From the NCBI GenBank assembly GCA_964016885.1, contig OZ024759.1, positions 11,160,001-11,224,000 of the forward strand: a DNA stretch of 64,000 bases, read 5' to 3'. Positions within the stretch are counted from its first letter, which is position 1. Each line of letters begins with the position of its first letter. Source of the stretch: Eledone cirrhosa (taxonomy: Eukaryota). Positions 1-12,663 of this stretch are shown here, piece after piece. The translations under genes were made by a program, and so were the position numbers. The notes beneath the pieces are model-generated. The model worked only from the letters and a program-made list of their open reading frames with translations. It did not search any database and had not been told where the DNA came from.

Positions 1-220
1 AGAAATACACATGCATGCACGCACATGTACACCTTTGCAGAGAAATACACATGCATGCACGCACATGTACACCTTTGCAGAGAAATACACATGCATGCAT
101 GCACATGTACACCTTTGCAGAGAAATACACACGCATGCATGCACATGTACACCTTTGCAGAGAAATACACACGCATGCATGCACATGTACACCTTTGCAG
201 AGAAATACACATGCATGCAC
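1..220. repeat. 40-bp minisatellite, about 5.5 copies
   Basis: Unit agaaatacacatgcatgcacgcacatgtacacctttgcag repeats at 40-bp period from position 1. Confidence 0.95.
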
Positions 221-436
221 ATATACACACACACATTTATTTGGGCATGTTTGTGCAAGAATATATGATATATATATATGTGTGTATGTATGTATGTATG
301 TATGTGTATATATATATATGTATATTATTATTGTTGTTGTCGTTATTATTGTTATTATTATTATTATTATTATTGTTATTAATGTATGTGTGTGTGTATA
401 TGTGTGTGTGTATATGTGTGTGTGTATGTGTATATA

Positions 437-471
<35 letters not shown>

Positions 472-482
472 ATGTATGTGTG

Positions 483-515
<33 letters not shown>

Positions 516-578
516 TTTTTTATTTTTTTTATTTTTATTTATTTATCATTATTATTATTTTTTTTTTTTTTCTTCTCG

Positions 579-615
579 TGCAATGGCCATACTCGATAAC
601 GAGGGGGCAGCCATC
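579..615 (+). mobile_element. 3' tip of bipartite RTE-derived element (subfamily 2)
   Basis: tgcaatggccatactcgataacgagggggcagccatc is the reverse complement of 24260-24296. Confidence 0.75.
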
Positions 616-730
616 ATCATGTATGTAATATATATATATACACACACAGTCTCTCTCACACATACACTAATGTCATCGTTTGCACCTAGACATTAGTCTA
701 AACAACTACAACAGCAACAAGTCCTGGAAC

Positions 731-1325
731 TACCACCACCACCATCACCACCGCCACCACTACCTCAACCACCACCACCTACACCACCGCCACTACTGCC
801 ATCACCACCACCACCTACACCACTGCCATCAGTACCACCATTACCACCACCACCACCACCACTACTATCTACTCCACCATCACCGCTACCACCACCATCA
901 CTACTACCACCACCATCACCGCTACCACCACCACCGCTACCACCACCACCACCGTCACCGCTACCACCACCATCACTCCTACCACCACCATCACTCCTAC
1001 CACCACCATCACCGCTACCACCACCACCACTATCACCGCTACCGCTACCACCACCATCACCGCTACCACCACCATCACCGCTACCACCACCACTACCACC
1101 ACTACCACCCCTACCACCATCACCACTACCACCACTCCCACCATCACCACTACCACCACTACCATCACCACCATCACCACTACTACTACTACCACCACCA
1201 CCACTACTACTACCACCACCATCACCACTACTACCACCACTACCGCCACTACCAGCACCACCACCACCACCAGCACCACCACCACCACCACTACCATCAC
1301 CTCTACCATCATTACCTCCACCCAC
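731..1325. repeat. (CAC/TAC/CAT)n cryptic trinucleotide repeat
   Basis: Direct reading; source of the poly-His and poly-Gly ORFs. Confidence 0.95.
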
Positions 1326-1502
1326 ACCATTTTATCTTCTATGCAAATTAGCTAATTAACTAATTATATATATATTTTTCCAATTAATTCTTTCGTATAC
1401 TTCAAGACAGTCACTTCTGCTATGGAATAGCTTGAAAAACACGGTCACTTGTAAGATTCCGTGAGGATTTTACTGCTAGGAGAGTCAAATTAAAGCAGCT
1501 AT

Positions 1503-1595
<93 letters not shown>

Positions 1596-1618
1596 TGTCT
1601 GTCTGTCTGTCTGTCTGT
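1503..1618. repeat. (GCCT)n-(GTCT)n microsatellite
   Basis: Direct reading. Confidence 0.95.
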
Positions 1619-1652
1619 CATTTATATATCTGTGTCTGTCTGTCTACCTATT

Positions 1653-2045
1653 TACCACTTTAGGAGAATCAGACTGGAGAGAGAGAGAGAGTCACTGCAC
1701 CGCGGTAAATTTACTGAAAGGTGGGTGAAAGTGGCAAAAATGGCTCGAGTGATTGGGACTTCTCTGTATATCAGCCTGTAGGTTAAAGAAGATAGCAAAA
1801 GGAAGAAAGGAGCACTTGCACAACACGCTCCTGAAGTTGAGGGTTGTTCTATCTACGGGGTATTAAACAACCCATTTGTCGCGCCTCCCCCTCCCCCCTA
1901 TTGGGGGATTTCGACTGTTAAATTTGTTTGTTTTAATATTTTTACACGACTGTATGTAAAATCCCTAGCATGTGTCCTTGTTTTGTCTCCTTTTCTTGTG
2001 CACCCTTGTGGCAAATAAAGAAATCTATCTATCATCTATCTATCT
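1653..2045 (+). mobile_element. Tx1/L1-clade LINE 3' fragment (3'UTR type 1)
   Basis: Encodes ERWVKVAKMARV, homologous to the 13738-15576 ORF end; followed by 3'UTR, aataaa and (TATC)n. Confidence 0.85.
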
Positions 2046-2048
2046 ACC

Positions 2049-2298
2049 TCAGCCTGTAGGTGGAACAGAAAGAAGGGAGCACCCTCTCTTTGTGCTCCCG
2101 TGGAGAAGGGTCGCACACTTTTTTTCGGGGGTGTGTGTGACCCCAAAACGATCCCTCCCTATTGAGGACCTTCTTGTTATTATTTTGTTTGTTATATTTT
2201 TCTTACTCGATTTTCATGTAAACTCCCCCCACCCATGTACATGTCCCTTTCTTTTGTGCCCTAGTGGCAAATAAACAGAAATCTATCTATCTATCTAT
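2049..2298 (+). mobile_element. Tx1/L1-clade LINE 3' fragment (3'UTR type 3)
   Basis: Starts at cagcctgtag (ORF stop), same UTR layout, ends gtggcaaataaa plus (TATC)n. Confidence 0.8.
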
Positions 2299-2300
2299 CA

Positions 2301-2749
2301 TTGTATGGTGGACGAGGTTAAAAGAGCTGAGATCAGACACCTTTCTCTCCGGCCAACAACTGATTCTTTTTTTCAAATACCACTTTGGAAGAAGAATCAG
2401 GATGGAGAGAGAGGTGCTGTACCCCAGCAAGTTTTATGAAAGGTGGGTGAAAGTGGCGAGAATGGCCCGAGTGATTGGGCCTTCTCTGTTTATAAATCTG
2501 TAGGTTAAAGAAGATAGCAAAAGGAAGAAAAGAGCACTTGCACAACACGCTCCTGAAGTTGAGGGTTGTTCTATCTACGGGGTATTAAACAACCCATTTG
2601 TGGCGCCTCCCCCCCTATTGGGGATTTCGATTGTTAAATTTGTTTGTTTTAATATTTTTACCCGACTGTATGTAAAATCCCTAGCATGTGTCCTTGTTTT
2701 GTCTCCTTTTCTTGTGCACCCTTGTGGCAAATAAAGAAATATATCTATC

Positions 2750-2789
<40 letters not shown>
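2301..2789 (+). mobile_element. Tx1/L1-clade LINE 3' fragment (3'UTR type 1)
   Basis: VWWTRLKELRSDTFLSGQQLILFFKYHF ORF end; UTR near-identical to 1780-2025; (TATC)n tail. Confidence 0.88.
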
Positions 2790-2790
<1 letters not shown>

Positions 2791-3488
2791 GGGACCCTGC
2801 AAAAAAGATCTGTCCGAGGTGCGTGCGAGACGAAGAAACCGTCGCGCACGCATTCATACACTGCCCGGGCGTCACTGATCTGTGGGGATATGTAGAACGA
2901 CTATTGTCGCGGGTGGGACCAATCCAGTTGACCACCGAGTCCATTGTCATGATCAAACCGCCACCCTCCTTCAAAAACGAAGGAGAGGCGGTTTTCCTTT
3001 GTGTGATAGCTATGGCGAAAGAGGTTGTATGGTGGACAAGGTTGAAAGGGCTGAGGTCAGACACCTTTTTCTCCGGCCAACAACTGATTCTTTTTTTCAA
3101 ATACCACTTTGGAAGAAGAATCAGGATGGAGAGAGAGGTGCTGTACCCCAGCAAGTTTTATGAAAGGTGGGTGAAAGTGGCGAGAATGGCCCGAGTGAAT
3201 GGGCCTTCTCTCTATATCAGCCTGTAGATTGAGGAAAAGGAGGAGGAGAGGAAAGGAGTACAAGCTCTTCGTACTCCTGGAGATGAGGGTTGCACATTTT
3301 TTTCGGGGGTATGTGTTACCCATATAAACTGTCTCCCTCTATTGGGGAAAATCGACTAACTTTTAAATTCCATCTGTGATAACATTTTACACGTTTTTAT
3401 TGTATGTAAACTTCCCCCTTTGTATTTGTCCCCTTCTTTTGTGCCCCTGTGGCTAATAAAGAAATATATCTATCTATCTATCTATCTA
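2790..3488 (+). mobile_element. Tx1/L1-clade LINE 3' fragment (3'UTR type 2) with CCHC zinc knuckle
   Basis: Near-identical to about 15139-15830; CPRCVRDEETVAHAFIHC motif. Confidence 0.92.
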
Positions 3489-4173
3489 CCTGTGTGTCTG
3501 TCTGTTTATCTAGCTATGTTATATCTGTCTGTCTATCTGTCTGTGTCAATCTAGTGTCCGTATAGAGCTGGTAAGCCATGGCAAACTATAAGGGGTATTT
3601 AACACGCCTTATAGTTTGTATGGAGTTAGTAAGCCATGATAGACTAAGAAATGATAGCTAATACCCCTTATAGTCCGTATAGAGCTGGTAAGCTATGTCA
3701 AAGAAAGGTATATTATACTCCTTATAATTAGGGACCAAAAACGAGAGAGGGAGGGAAAAGAATAAAATATTAGAAAAAAGAGACAGCTATGAAAGAGTTA
3801 AATGTTTCTGTTGGATCTTTTTGTAACATGGATTGGAACTAAATCAAAATCAGTTTGATGTAAGGGCCCTGGTTAAGGTTTTAGTCTGGGGCCCTGATAA
3901 ACATTTTTAGTCTGGGTCCCTGATTAAGTTTTAATGTAGGAGTCTCCATGTAAACTTAATCCACCCCAATCTCCAGAGCTCATCATAAGAGTTTCAGCTG
4001 GTATGTCAGTTAGGGGCCCCAAGAGAGTCAAGGAGGAACTTTAGGTTATTTGAAGCGTACCCTTAAAAAAAACCCCATCAGTTTTGTAGGGGAACCCCTC
4101 AGATTAGGGAATCTCCACCCTGCACATGTATGGGAGATCCTGTGGTAGAGGAGGATCTCTGGTAGAGGAGGCT

Positions 4174-4467
4174 CCCCTCAAGTAGGGGAACCCAGCCCTT
4201 CTGGTAGGGGAGCCCCCCCCTCCTTCAACTAAGGGAGCACCTCCTCAACTAGGGGAATCCAGCCCTTCTGGTAGGTGAGTTCCCCCCTCAAGTAGGGGAA
4301 CCCAGCCCTTCTGGTAGGGGAGCCCCCCCCCAACTAAGGGAGCACCCCCTCAACTAGGGGAACCCAGCCCTTCTGGTAGGGGAGCCCCCCCTCAACTAAG
4401 GGAGCACCCCCTCAACTAGGGGAACCCAGCCCTTCTGGTAGGTGAGTTCCCCCCCTCAAGTAGGGGA
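4174..4467. repeat. GC-rich composite minisatellite
   Basis: Repeated blocks cctcaa(g/c)taggggaacccagcccttctggtagg and caactaagggagcacc. Confidence 0.85.
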
Positions 4468-4513
4468 GTATATATATATATATATATGTGTATGTATGTA
4501 TATGTGTATGTAT

Positions 4514-5081
4514 GTACAACCTGTCTCATGGTCGGGTCGTTGGCGACTAAACTGGCAACCTCACCAAGGTTTCTTGGTGAGGAGGATGACTTTGGACATC
4601 CTGCAGGACTAAAAACAAAACCTGTCAAAGGGCAAAGAGCTCTTAAGAGTCAATGGCCATCCAAAATCACCGGGAGAGATGACTCCTTAGCCTTTGTCAA
4701 GGCAGAATTCTAGGAGAAGGAAAACTCTGATATAACACCTGCAACCCTGATGGTATCCAATGATGTTGACTTGTTCTTCTTTTTGGTAAATATCATCTTG
4801 GTTAAGAGAGTGGGACTGGCTTTGTGCAGTGCCTTTGCTCACTATAAAAGCTTCACGGCACAGGCATTGCTTTATATCTGGAGATCTCTCTGCACTTGTC
4901 GTTACATGGTACCATGGGCCCAGCACTATGTGTCAATAATTGTCACAAGTGTAGTGTTTGTACCAGAGTTTTCAAGTCGCAGGCTGGACTAAAAAGTCAC
5001 ACTTGTTCAGCGCATCGGTAGGGGTTCTCCTACATGGATATAAAGTAGTGGCCGTACTCAAAAACGAGTTGGCAGCCACCA
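4514..5081 (+). mobile_element. Non-autonomous bipartite RTE-derived retroposon (subfamily 1)
   Basis: Multicopy in window; RTE 5'UTR-type motif aggagaaggaaaactctga; 3' part encodes a C2H2 remnant CSVCTRVFKSQAGLKSH; terminal stem-loop and microsatellite tail. Confidence 0.75.
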
Positions 5082-5088
5082 TATGTGT

Positions 5089-5347
5089 ATCATCATCATC
5101 ATCATCATCACCGTTTTACGTCCGTTCTTCCACGCTAGCATGGGTTAGACGGGTTGTCCTGTTGTGGGCAGTGTCTGGTCGGCTGACCATGCCTTGCTCA
5201 TACAGGAACTGATCTGGCTTGATTTCTACAGCTGGATGCCCTTCCTAACACCAACCTCATTTACAGTGAGTGCTGGGTGCTTTTTCGTGGCGCCTACACG
5301 TCCACTTTACAGTGTGGGCTGGGTGCTTTTTTGCCGTGGCACCTCCA
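5089..5347 (-). mobile_element. RTE-type LINE 3'UTR fragment (second family)
   Basis: Reverse strand has gttggtgttaggaagggcatccagctgtagaaa and ggacgtaaaacggtgatgatgat tail; shorter copy at 9237-9352. Confidence 0.75.
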
Positions 5348-5533
5348 TGTATATATATATGTGTGTGTGTGTATATGTATATATATATGTGTGTATATGT
5401 GTATATATATGTGTATATGTATATATATATGTGTGTATGTGTATATATGTGTGCATATGTGTATATATGTGTGTATATATATATGTGTATATGTGTATAT
5501 GTATATATATATGTGTATATGTATATATATATG

Positions 5534-5571
<38 letters not shown>

Positions 5572-7308
5572 TATCTATATATATGTGTATATATGTATAT
5601 ATTTGTGTATATATATATATATTTGTGTATATGTGTATATATATGTGTGTATATGTATATATATATGTGTATATGTATATACATATGTGTATATGTATAT
5701 ATATATATGTGTATATGTATATATATGTGTGTGTGTATATGTGTGTGTGTGTATAAGTATATGTGTGTGTGTGTGTATAAGTATATATGTGTGTGTATAT
5801 GTATATATGTGTGTGTATATGTATATATATATATGTGCATGTATATGTATATATATATATATGTGCGTGTATATGTATATATATATATATGTGCGTGTAT
5901 ATGTATATATATGTGCGTGTATATGTATATATATATATGTGTATATGTATATATATATATATATATGTGTATATGTATATATATATATGTGTATATGTAT
6001 ATATGTATATGTATATATATATATGTATATGTATATATATATGTATGTGTATATGTATATATATATGTATGTGTATATGTATATATATATGTATGTGTAT
6101 ATGTATATATATGTGTATATGTATATATATATATGTGTATATGTATATATATATATGTGTATGTGTATATATATATATATGTGTATATATATATATGTGT
6201 GTATGTATATATGTGTATGTGTATATATATATATATATGTGTATATGTATATATATATATGTGTATATGTGTATATGTATATATATATATGTGTATATGT
6301 ATATATATATATGTGTATGTGTATATATGTATATATGTGTATATGTATATATATATGTGTGTGTATATGTATATATATGTGTATGTGTATAAGTATATAT
6401 ATGTATGTATATGTATATATATGTATGTATATGTGTATATATATGTATGTATATGTATATATATATGTGTATATGTATATATATATGTGTATATGTATAT
6501 ATATATATATGTGTATATGTATATATATATATGTATGTGTATATGTATATATATATATGTATGTGTATATGTATATATATATGTATGTGTATATGTATAT
6601 ATATGTATGTGTATATGTATATATATGTATGTGTATATGTATATATATGTATGTGTATATATATGTATATGTATATATATGTATGTGTATATGTATATAT
6701 ATGTATGTGTATATGTATATATATGTATGTGTATATATATATGTATGTGTATATATATATATATGTATGTATATATGTATATATATATGTATGTGTATAT
6801 GTATATATATATGTATGTGTATATATATGTATGTGTATATGTATATATATGTATGTGTATATGTATATATATGTATGTGTATATGTATATATATGTATGT
6901 GTATATGTATATATATGTATGTGTATATGTATATATATGTATGTGTATATGAATATATATGTATGTGTATATGTATATATATGTATGTGTATATGTATAT
7001 ATATGTATGTGTATATGTATATATATGTATGTGTATATGTATATATATGTATGTGTATATGAATATATATGTATGTGTATATACATATATATGTATGTGT
7101 ATATGAATATATATGTATGTGTATATACATATATATGTATGTCTATATGTATATATATGTATATAAATATGTGTACGTGTATATATGTATATAAATATGT
7201 GTGTATGTGTATATATATATATGTCTATATGTATATATGTGTATGTGTATATATATATATGTCTATATGTATATATGTGTATATATACGTATATATATAT
7301 ATGTGTGT
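5348..7308. repeat. (TA)/(TG) compound microsatellite field, about 2 kb
   Basis: Direct reading. Confidence 0.97.
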
Positions 7309-7820
7309 GACCCAGAAAAACCTGGGACAACTTGATAAATTTCGACCTGACACACTTACACCTCTCCAAGACAATGTCACTGGACCGAGATCTTTGGCGG
7401 TACACAGTAATACAGAAGTTCCGCCTTGACTAAGTACAAAGTGAAACCTACTACCATCAGTAGGAACCTCTAACAAAATACACCCCCGTATCACTACCCC
7501 CACCCCATCCACACCACCCCTTCAATGTAAAGTTATGTTGGTACCACAACATCCAGTCCGAAACAAATGAGGGCGTGTAGGTGTCACGACAAAAAAACAC
7601 ACAGTCCACGCTGTAATGTGGCCGTGTAGGTAACACGGCAAAAACCTCCCAGTCCCACACTGTAAATGTGGTTGGTGTTAGGAAGGGCATCCAGCCGTAG
7701 AAAACCTGCCAGACAGTCCTATACGAGTAAGACGACCAATCTTGCCTCAAGTGGGAAAACTCACGTCCAAACCCATGCATGCGTGGAAGATGGACGTTAA
7801 ACGATGATGATGATGATGAT
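7309..7820 (+). mobile_element. RTE LINE 3' fragment
   Basis: Homologous to 39900-40420 (RPRKTWD...[15 protein letters not shown], 3'UTR, (GAT)n). Confidence 0.9.
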
Positions 7821-8175
7821 GTATATATATGTGTGTGTGTGTGTGTGTGTATGTGTGTATATATGTGTGTGTGTGTATATGTGTGTGTGTATATATATCT
7901 GTGTGTATATATGTGTGTGTGTGTATATATGTGTGTGTGTATATACATGTGTGTGTATATATGTGTGTGTGTATGTGTGTGTGTGTATATATATATATGT
8001 GTGTGTGTGTATATATATGTGTGTATATATATGTGTGTGTATATATATGTGTGTATATGTATGTGTATATATGTGTGTGTGTGTATATATATGTGTGTGT
8101 ATATATATGTGTGTGTGTATATATGTGTGTGTGTGTGTATATATGTGTGTGTGTATATACATGTGTGTGTATATA

Positions 8176-8214
<39 letters not shown>

Positions 8215-8569
8215 GTGTCTGTGTGTATATATATATATATATATGTGTGTGTCTGTGTGTATATATATATATATGTGTGTATATATGTGTGTGTATATAT
8301 ATGTGTGTGTATGTATATATATATGTGTGTGTATATGTATGTGTATATATATGTGTGTATGTATATATATATGTGTGTGTATATGTATGTGTATATATAT
8401 GTGTGTATGTATATATATATATGTGTGTGTATATATATGTGTGTGTGTATATATGTGTGTGTGTATATATTTATGTGTATATATATATGTATATATATAT
8501 ATGTATATATATATATGTATGTATATATATATATAGGTATGTATATATATGTATGTATATATATATAGG

Positions 8570-8600
<31 letters not shown>

Positions 8601-8615
8601 ATATATATATGTATG

Positions 8616-8646
<31 letters not shown>

Positions 8647-8840
8647 ATATATATATGTATGTATATATGTATGTATATATATGTATATATGTATATATAT
8701 ATATATGTATGTATATATATACATGTATGTATAAACATATACACTCACACGTTGGCATGCATGAGTATCTCGGTTCTGTCTCGTGACAATCTTATATACA
8801 TATATTATATAATATATATCTCTCTCTCACTCACACTCTC

Positions 8841-8888
<48 letters not shown>

Positions 8889-9165
8889 ACACTCTCTATC
8901 TCTCTGTCCATCTCTCTCTCTATCTCTCTCACTCTCTCTCTCATTCTCTCCTACACTCTCTCACTCTCACTCACACTCTCTCTCTCTGTCTATCTCTCTC
9001 ACTCTCTCTGTCTCTCTCTCTCTATCTGTCTCTCTCTCTCTATCTCTCTCACTCTTTCTGTCTCTCTCTCTCACTCTATCTGTCTCTCTATCTCTCTCAC
9101 TCTCTCTGGCTCTCTCTCTCTCTCACTCTATCTATCTCTCTCTCTCTCTCTATATATATATATAA
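7821..9165. repeat. (TA/TG)n then (CT)n microsatellite fields
   Basis: Direct reading. Confidence 0.95.
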
Positions 9166-9203
9166 TTCCTCTCCAACTGCTAATGACACACTTTTTTATA
9201 CAT

Positions 9204-9236
<33 letters not shown>

Positions 9237-9358
9237 CATCATCATCATCACCGTTTTACGTCCGTTCTTCCACGCTAGCATGGGTTAGACGGGTTGTCCT
9301 GTTGTGGGCAGTGTCTGGTCGGCTGACCATGCCTTGCTCATACAGGAACTGATATACA

Positions 9359-9450
<92 letters not shown>

Positions 9451-9453
<3 letters not shown>

Positions 9454-9596
9454 TTTGCGTATATGTTGGTTGTTTACTGACTCCTCAGTATGCAGATTGG
9501 AGCACTCAACGAAGTACGCAGGTTGGTTTGGTTACTCCTCCACAGTAATGTAAAATAATGAAGTCAAATATTTAAATATTTGACTTAATTATTTTA
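9451..9596. mobile_element. Short insert in (TA)n with terminal fold-back (probable Penelope-like pLTR remnant)
   Basis: Palindrome taaaataatgaagtcaaatattt|aaatatttgacttaattatttta at 9551-9596; same layout as the larger hammerhead-bearing inserts. Confidence 0.4.
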
Positions 9597-9613
9597 TATA
9601 TATATATATATAT

Positions 9614-9813
9614 AACGGAGGAAATGTGGTAAGGAACCAGGTGGACCATAACGCACCAAAGTACTCAATACTTAGGGTAGTAGAGTGGGTAATAGGAACG
9701 AGTAGGACACCGACGGCTGAGCTCAAGCCGTTTCGACGGCTAATTCTGGACTCATTCAGTCCAGAATTAGCCGTCGAAACGGCTTGAGCTCAGCCGTCGG
9801 GGTCCTACTCGTT

Positions 9814-9818
<5 letters not shown>
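9614..9818. mobile_element. Fold-back insert with partial hammerhead (Penelope-like pLTR remnant)
   Basis: 61-bp arms (9692-9752 / 9758-9818), one mismatch; GAAAC-GGC-ttgagctca-GCC-GTC hammerhead stem III and cleavage triplet. Confidence 0.65.
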
Positions 9819-9857
<39 letters not shown>

Positions 9858-9858
<1 letters not shown>

Positions 9859-10000
9859 TGGTGGCTGCCAACTCGTTTTCGAGTACGGCCACTACTTTAT
9901 ATCCATGTAGGAGAACCCCTACCGATGCACTGAACGAATATGACTTTTTAGTCCAGCCAGCGACTTGAAAACTCTGGTACAAACACTACACTTGTGACAA
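9858..10000 (-). mobile_element. Bipartite RTE-derived element 3' fragment
   Basis: Reverse complement of about 4940-5081. Confidence 0.85.
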
Positions 10001-11130
10001 TACATACATACATACATACATCACATATATACATCACATACATACATATATACATACATACATCACATCCATATACACATATATATACATCTATATATAC
10101 ACCTATACATACATCACATATATACATCACATACATACATATATACATACATACATACATCACATCCATATACACATTACATATTACATCTATATATACA
10201 CCTATACATACATCACATATACATCTATACATACATCTATGTATACAACACATCTTTATATACATCACATGTATACATACATCATATATATACATCTATA
10301 TATCTATACATACATCACATCTATACATACATCACATCTATACATAGATCACATATATATATACATCACATATATATATATACATATATATACATACATC
10401 ACATCTATACATAGATCACATATATATATACATCGCATATATACATCACATATATACATCACGTACATATATACATCACATATATACATACATCACATAT
10501 ATACATACATCACATATATACATCACGTACATATATACATCACATACATATATACATCGAATATATACATACATCACATATATACATACATCACATATAT
10601 ACATACACCACATATATACACCATATATATACATCACATATATACACCATATATATACATCACATACATACATCACATATATATATACATCACATATATA
10701 CATACATCACATATATACATACACCACATATATACACCATATATATACATCACATATATACACCATATATATACATCACATACATACATCACATATATAT
10801 ATACATCACATATATACATACATCACATATATACATCTATACATCATATATATACATCTATACATTCATCACATATATATATATATATACATATATATAC
10901 ATCAATCACATCTATACATACATCACATATATACATCATATATATATGCATACATCACATATAAACATCACATATATACATGCATCGCATATATACATCA
11001 CATATACATATACATCACATATATACATATACATCACATATATATATATCACATATATACATATACATCACATATATATATATATATATATACATCACAT
11101 ATATATATACATATATATATATATATATGT
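10001..11130. repeat. (ATAC/CATCA)-type compound microsatellite
   Basis: Direct reading; continues 12000-12210 after the transposon. Confidence 0.9.
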
Positions 11131-11131
11131 A

Positions 11132-11999
11132 TAGGGTGCAGACGATATTTGTTCGCAAGATTACTGTCTAGGAAAAATTAACACAGTAGTTTTATTTTTT
11201 AAGATATATTTATCAAGCTTGGGTCAGTTTGTCTTCATGACTTGTTCTTTCGATCTCACTCGATAAACCCGCCATTGGCTTTGATGACAGCCTCAAGGTG
11301 GCCTCGGAACCGGCTACAGGCCTTCGTCACTGTCCCCCGACTTAGGCTCCTAAAGGCACTTGTGATCCTGGCCTTCAGATCGTCTTTCATATTGCAGCTA
11401 GATCTGTTGGTGTCTCGTTCCACTGCGCCCCACACAAAGAAGTCGAGAGGGTTGCAGTCAGGCGAGCTGGGAGGCCAGATGTCAGGTGAAGTGTGGTCGA
11501 CGACCAGGCTTGGGTTTTTCAGCTGGTATGGCTGGGCGCTGAGTCTTGCTGCCACATGTACGGCCTACCTGCAGCTACCTGGTCGATCCAGGGCTTTACT
11601 ACCTCGCTCAGAACGTGGATGTAGCCATCGGTGTTCAGCTTGAGGCCCTCAGGGAAGAAGTGAGGTGGCATGACGTCACCTTGACTGCTGACGACACCTA
11701 AGACCAATGTTGTCACTGGAAACTTTGTCTGCATGACTCTGGGCACGTCTTTGGATGAGACAGCGAGCCACCTGTTGTCTGAAATTACCTTATTTGTCCT
11801 CCCGGCGCGGATTCCAAGAAGAACTCTGTGTCTCTTCCACAGATTTGGAGGTTCAAAATTATTCATAATCAATGATTCTGAAAATAAATAATGGAAATAT
11901 AGTCACTGTTTTTATGAAGACAAGAGTGACAACGGAAGTAAAAAAAATTTGCATAAAATTAGCTGTTGAAAATTGCAAACAAATATTGTCTGCACCCTG
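11132..11999 (-). mobile_element. Tc1/mariner maT (DD37D) transposon, internally deleted
   Basis: About 27-bp TIRs (agggtgcagacgatatttgtt), TA flanks; WQQDSAP and WPPSSPDCNPLDF motifs; lacks about 0.42 kb relative to 47198-48502. Confidence 0.92.
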
Positions 12000-12276
12000 T
12001 ATATATACATCGCATATATATATACATCACATATATACATTTATACATACATCACATATATACATAACATATATACATCTATACATATATACATTTATAC
12101 ATACATCACATATATACATAACATATATACATCTATACATATATACATCACATATATACATCAATACATACATCACATATATACATCTATATATATACCA
12201 CATATATATAATTGTGTCACATATTGAATGAATGAAAGAAAATGAATGAATAGATGTGAAATTTGTCTGTGTATCT

Positions 12277-12617
12277 GTCACTGACAGATATATATATATA
12301 TATATCTGTCAGTGACTGTATATATATATATATCTGTCAGTGACTGTATATATATATATATGTCAGTGACTGTATATATATATATATATATATATATCTG
12401 TCAGTGACTGTATATATATATATCTGTCAGTGACTATATATATATATATATCTGTCAGTCACTGTATATATATATATATATATATATATCTGTCAGTGAC
12501 TGTATATATATATATATCTGTCAGTGTCTATATATATATATATATATATACCTGTCAGTGACTGTATATATATATATATCTGTCAGTGACTGTATATATA
12601 TATAATTCTGTCAGTGA

Positions 12618-12663
<46 letters not shown>

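Noticed and set aside
680-1351. Poly-His or Gly-rich protein
   Set aside because: Trinucleotide repeat open in several frames; no splice or domain support
4687-4992. Recurrent 79-80-aa ORFs (MLGPWYH..., MVSNDVD...)
   Set aside because: They recur only because the repeat recurs; non-ATG or antisense starts; not kept in subfamily 2
5164-8786. Long Y/I/C/V/M/H/T-rich ORFs (also at 20-23 kb, 44.6-46.5 kb and 59.7-60.4 kb)
   Set aside because: Translations of (TA)/(TG) microsatellites, open in many frames on both strands
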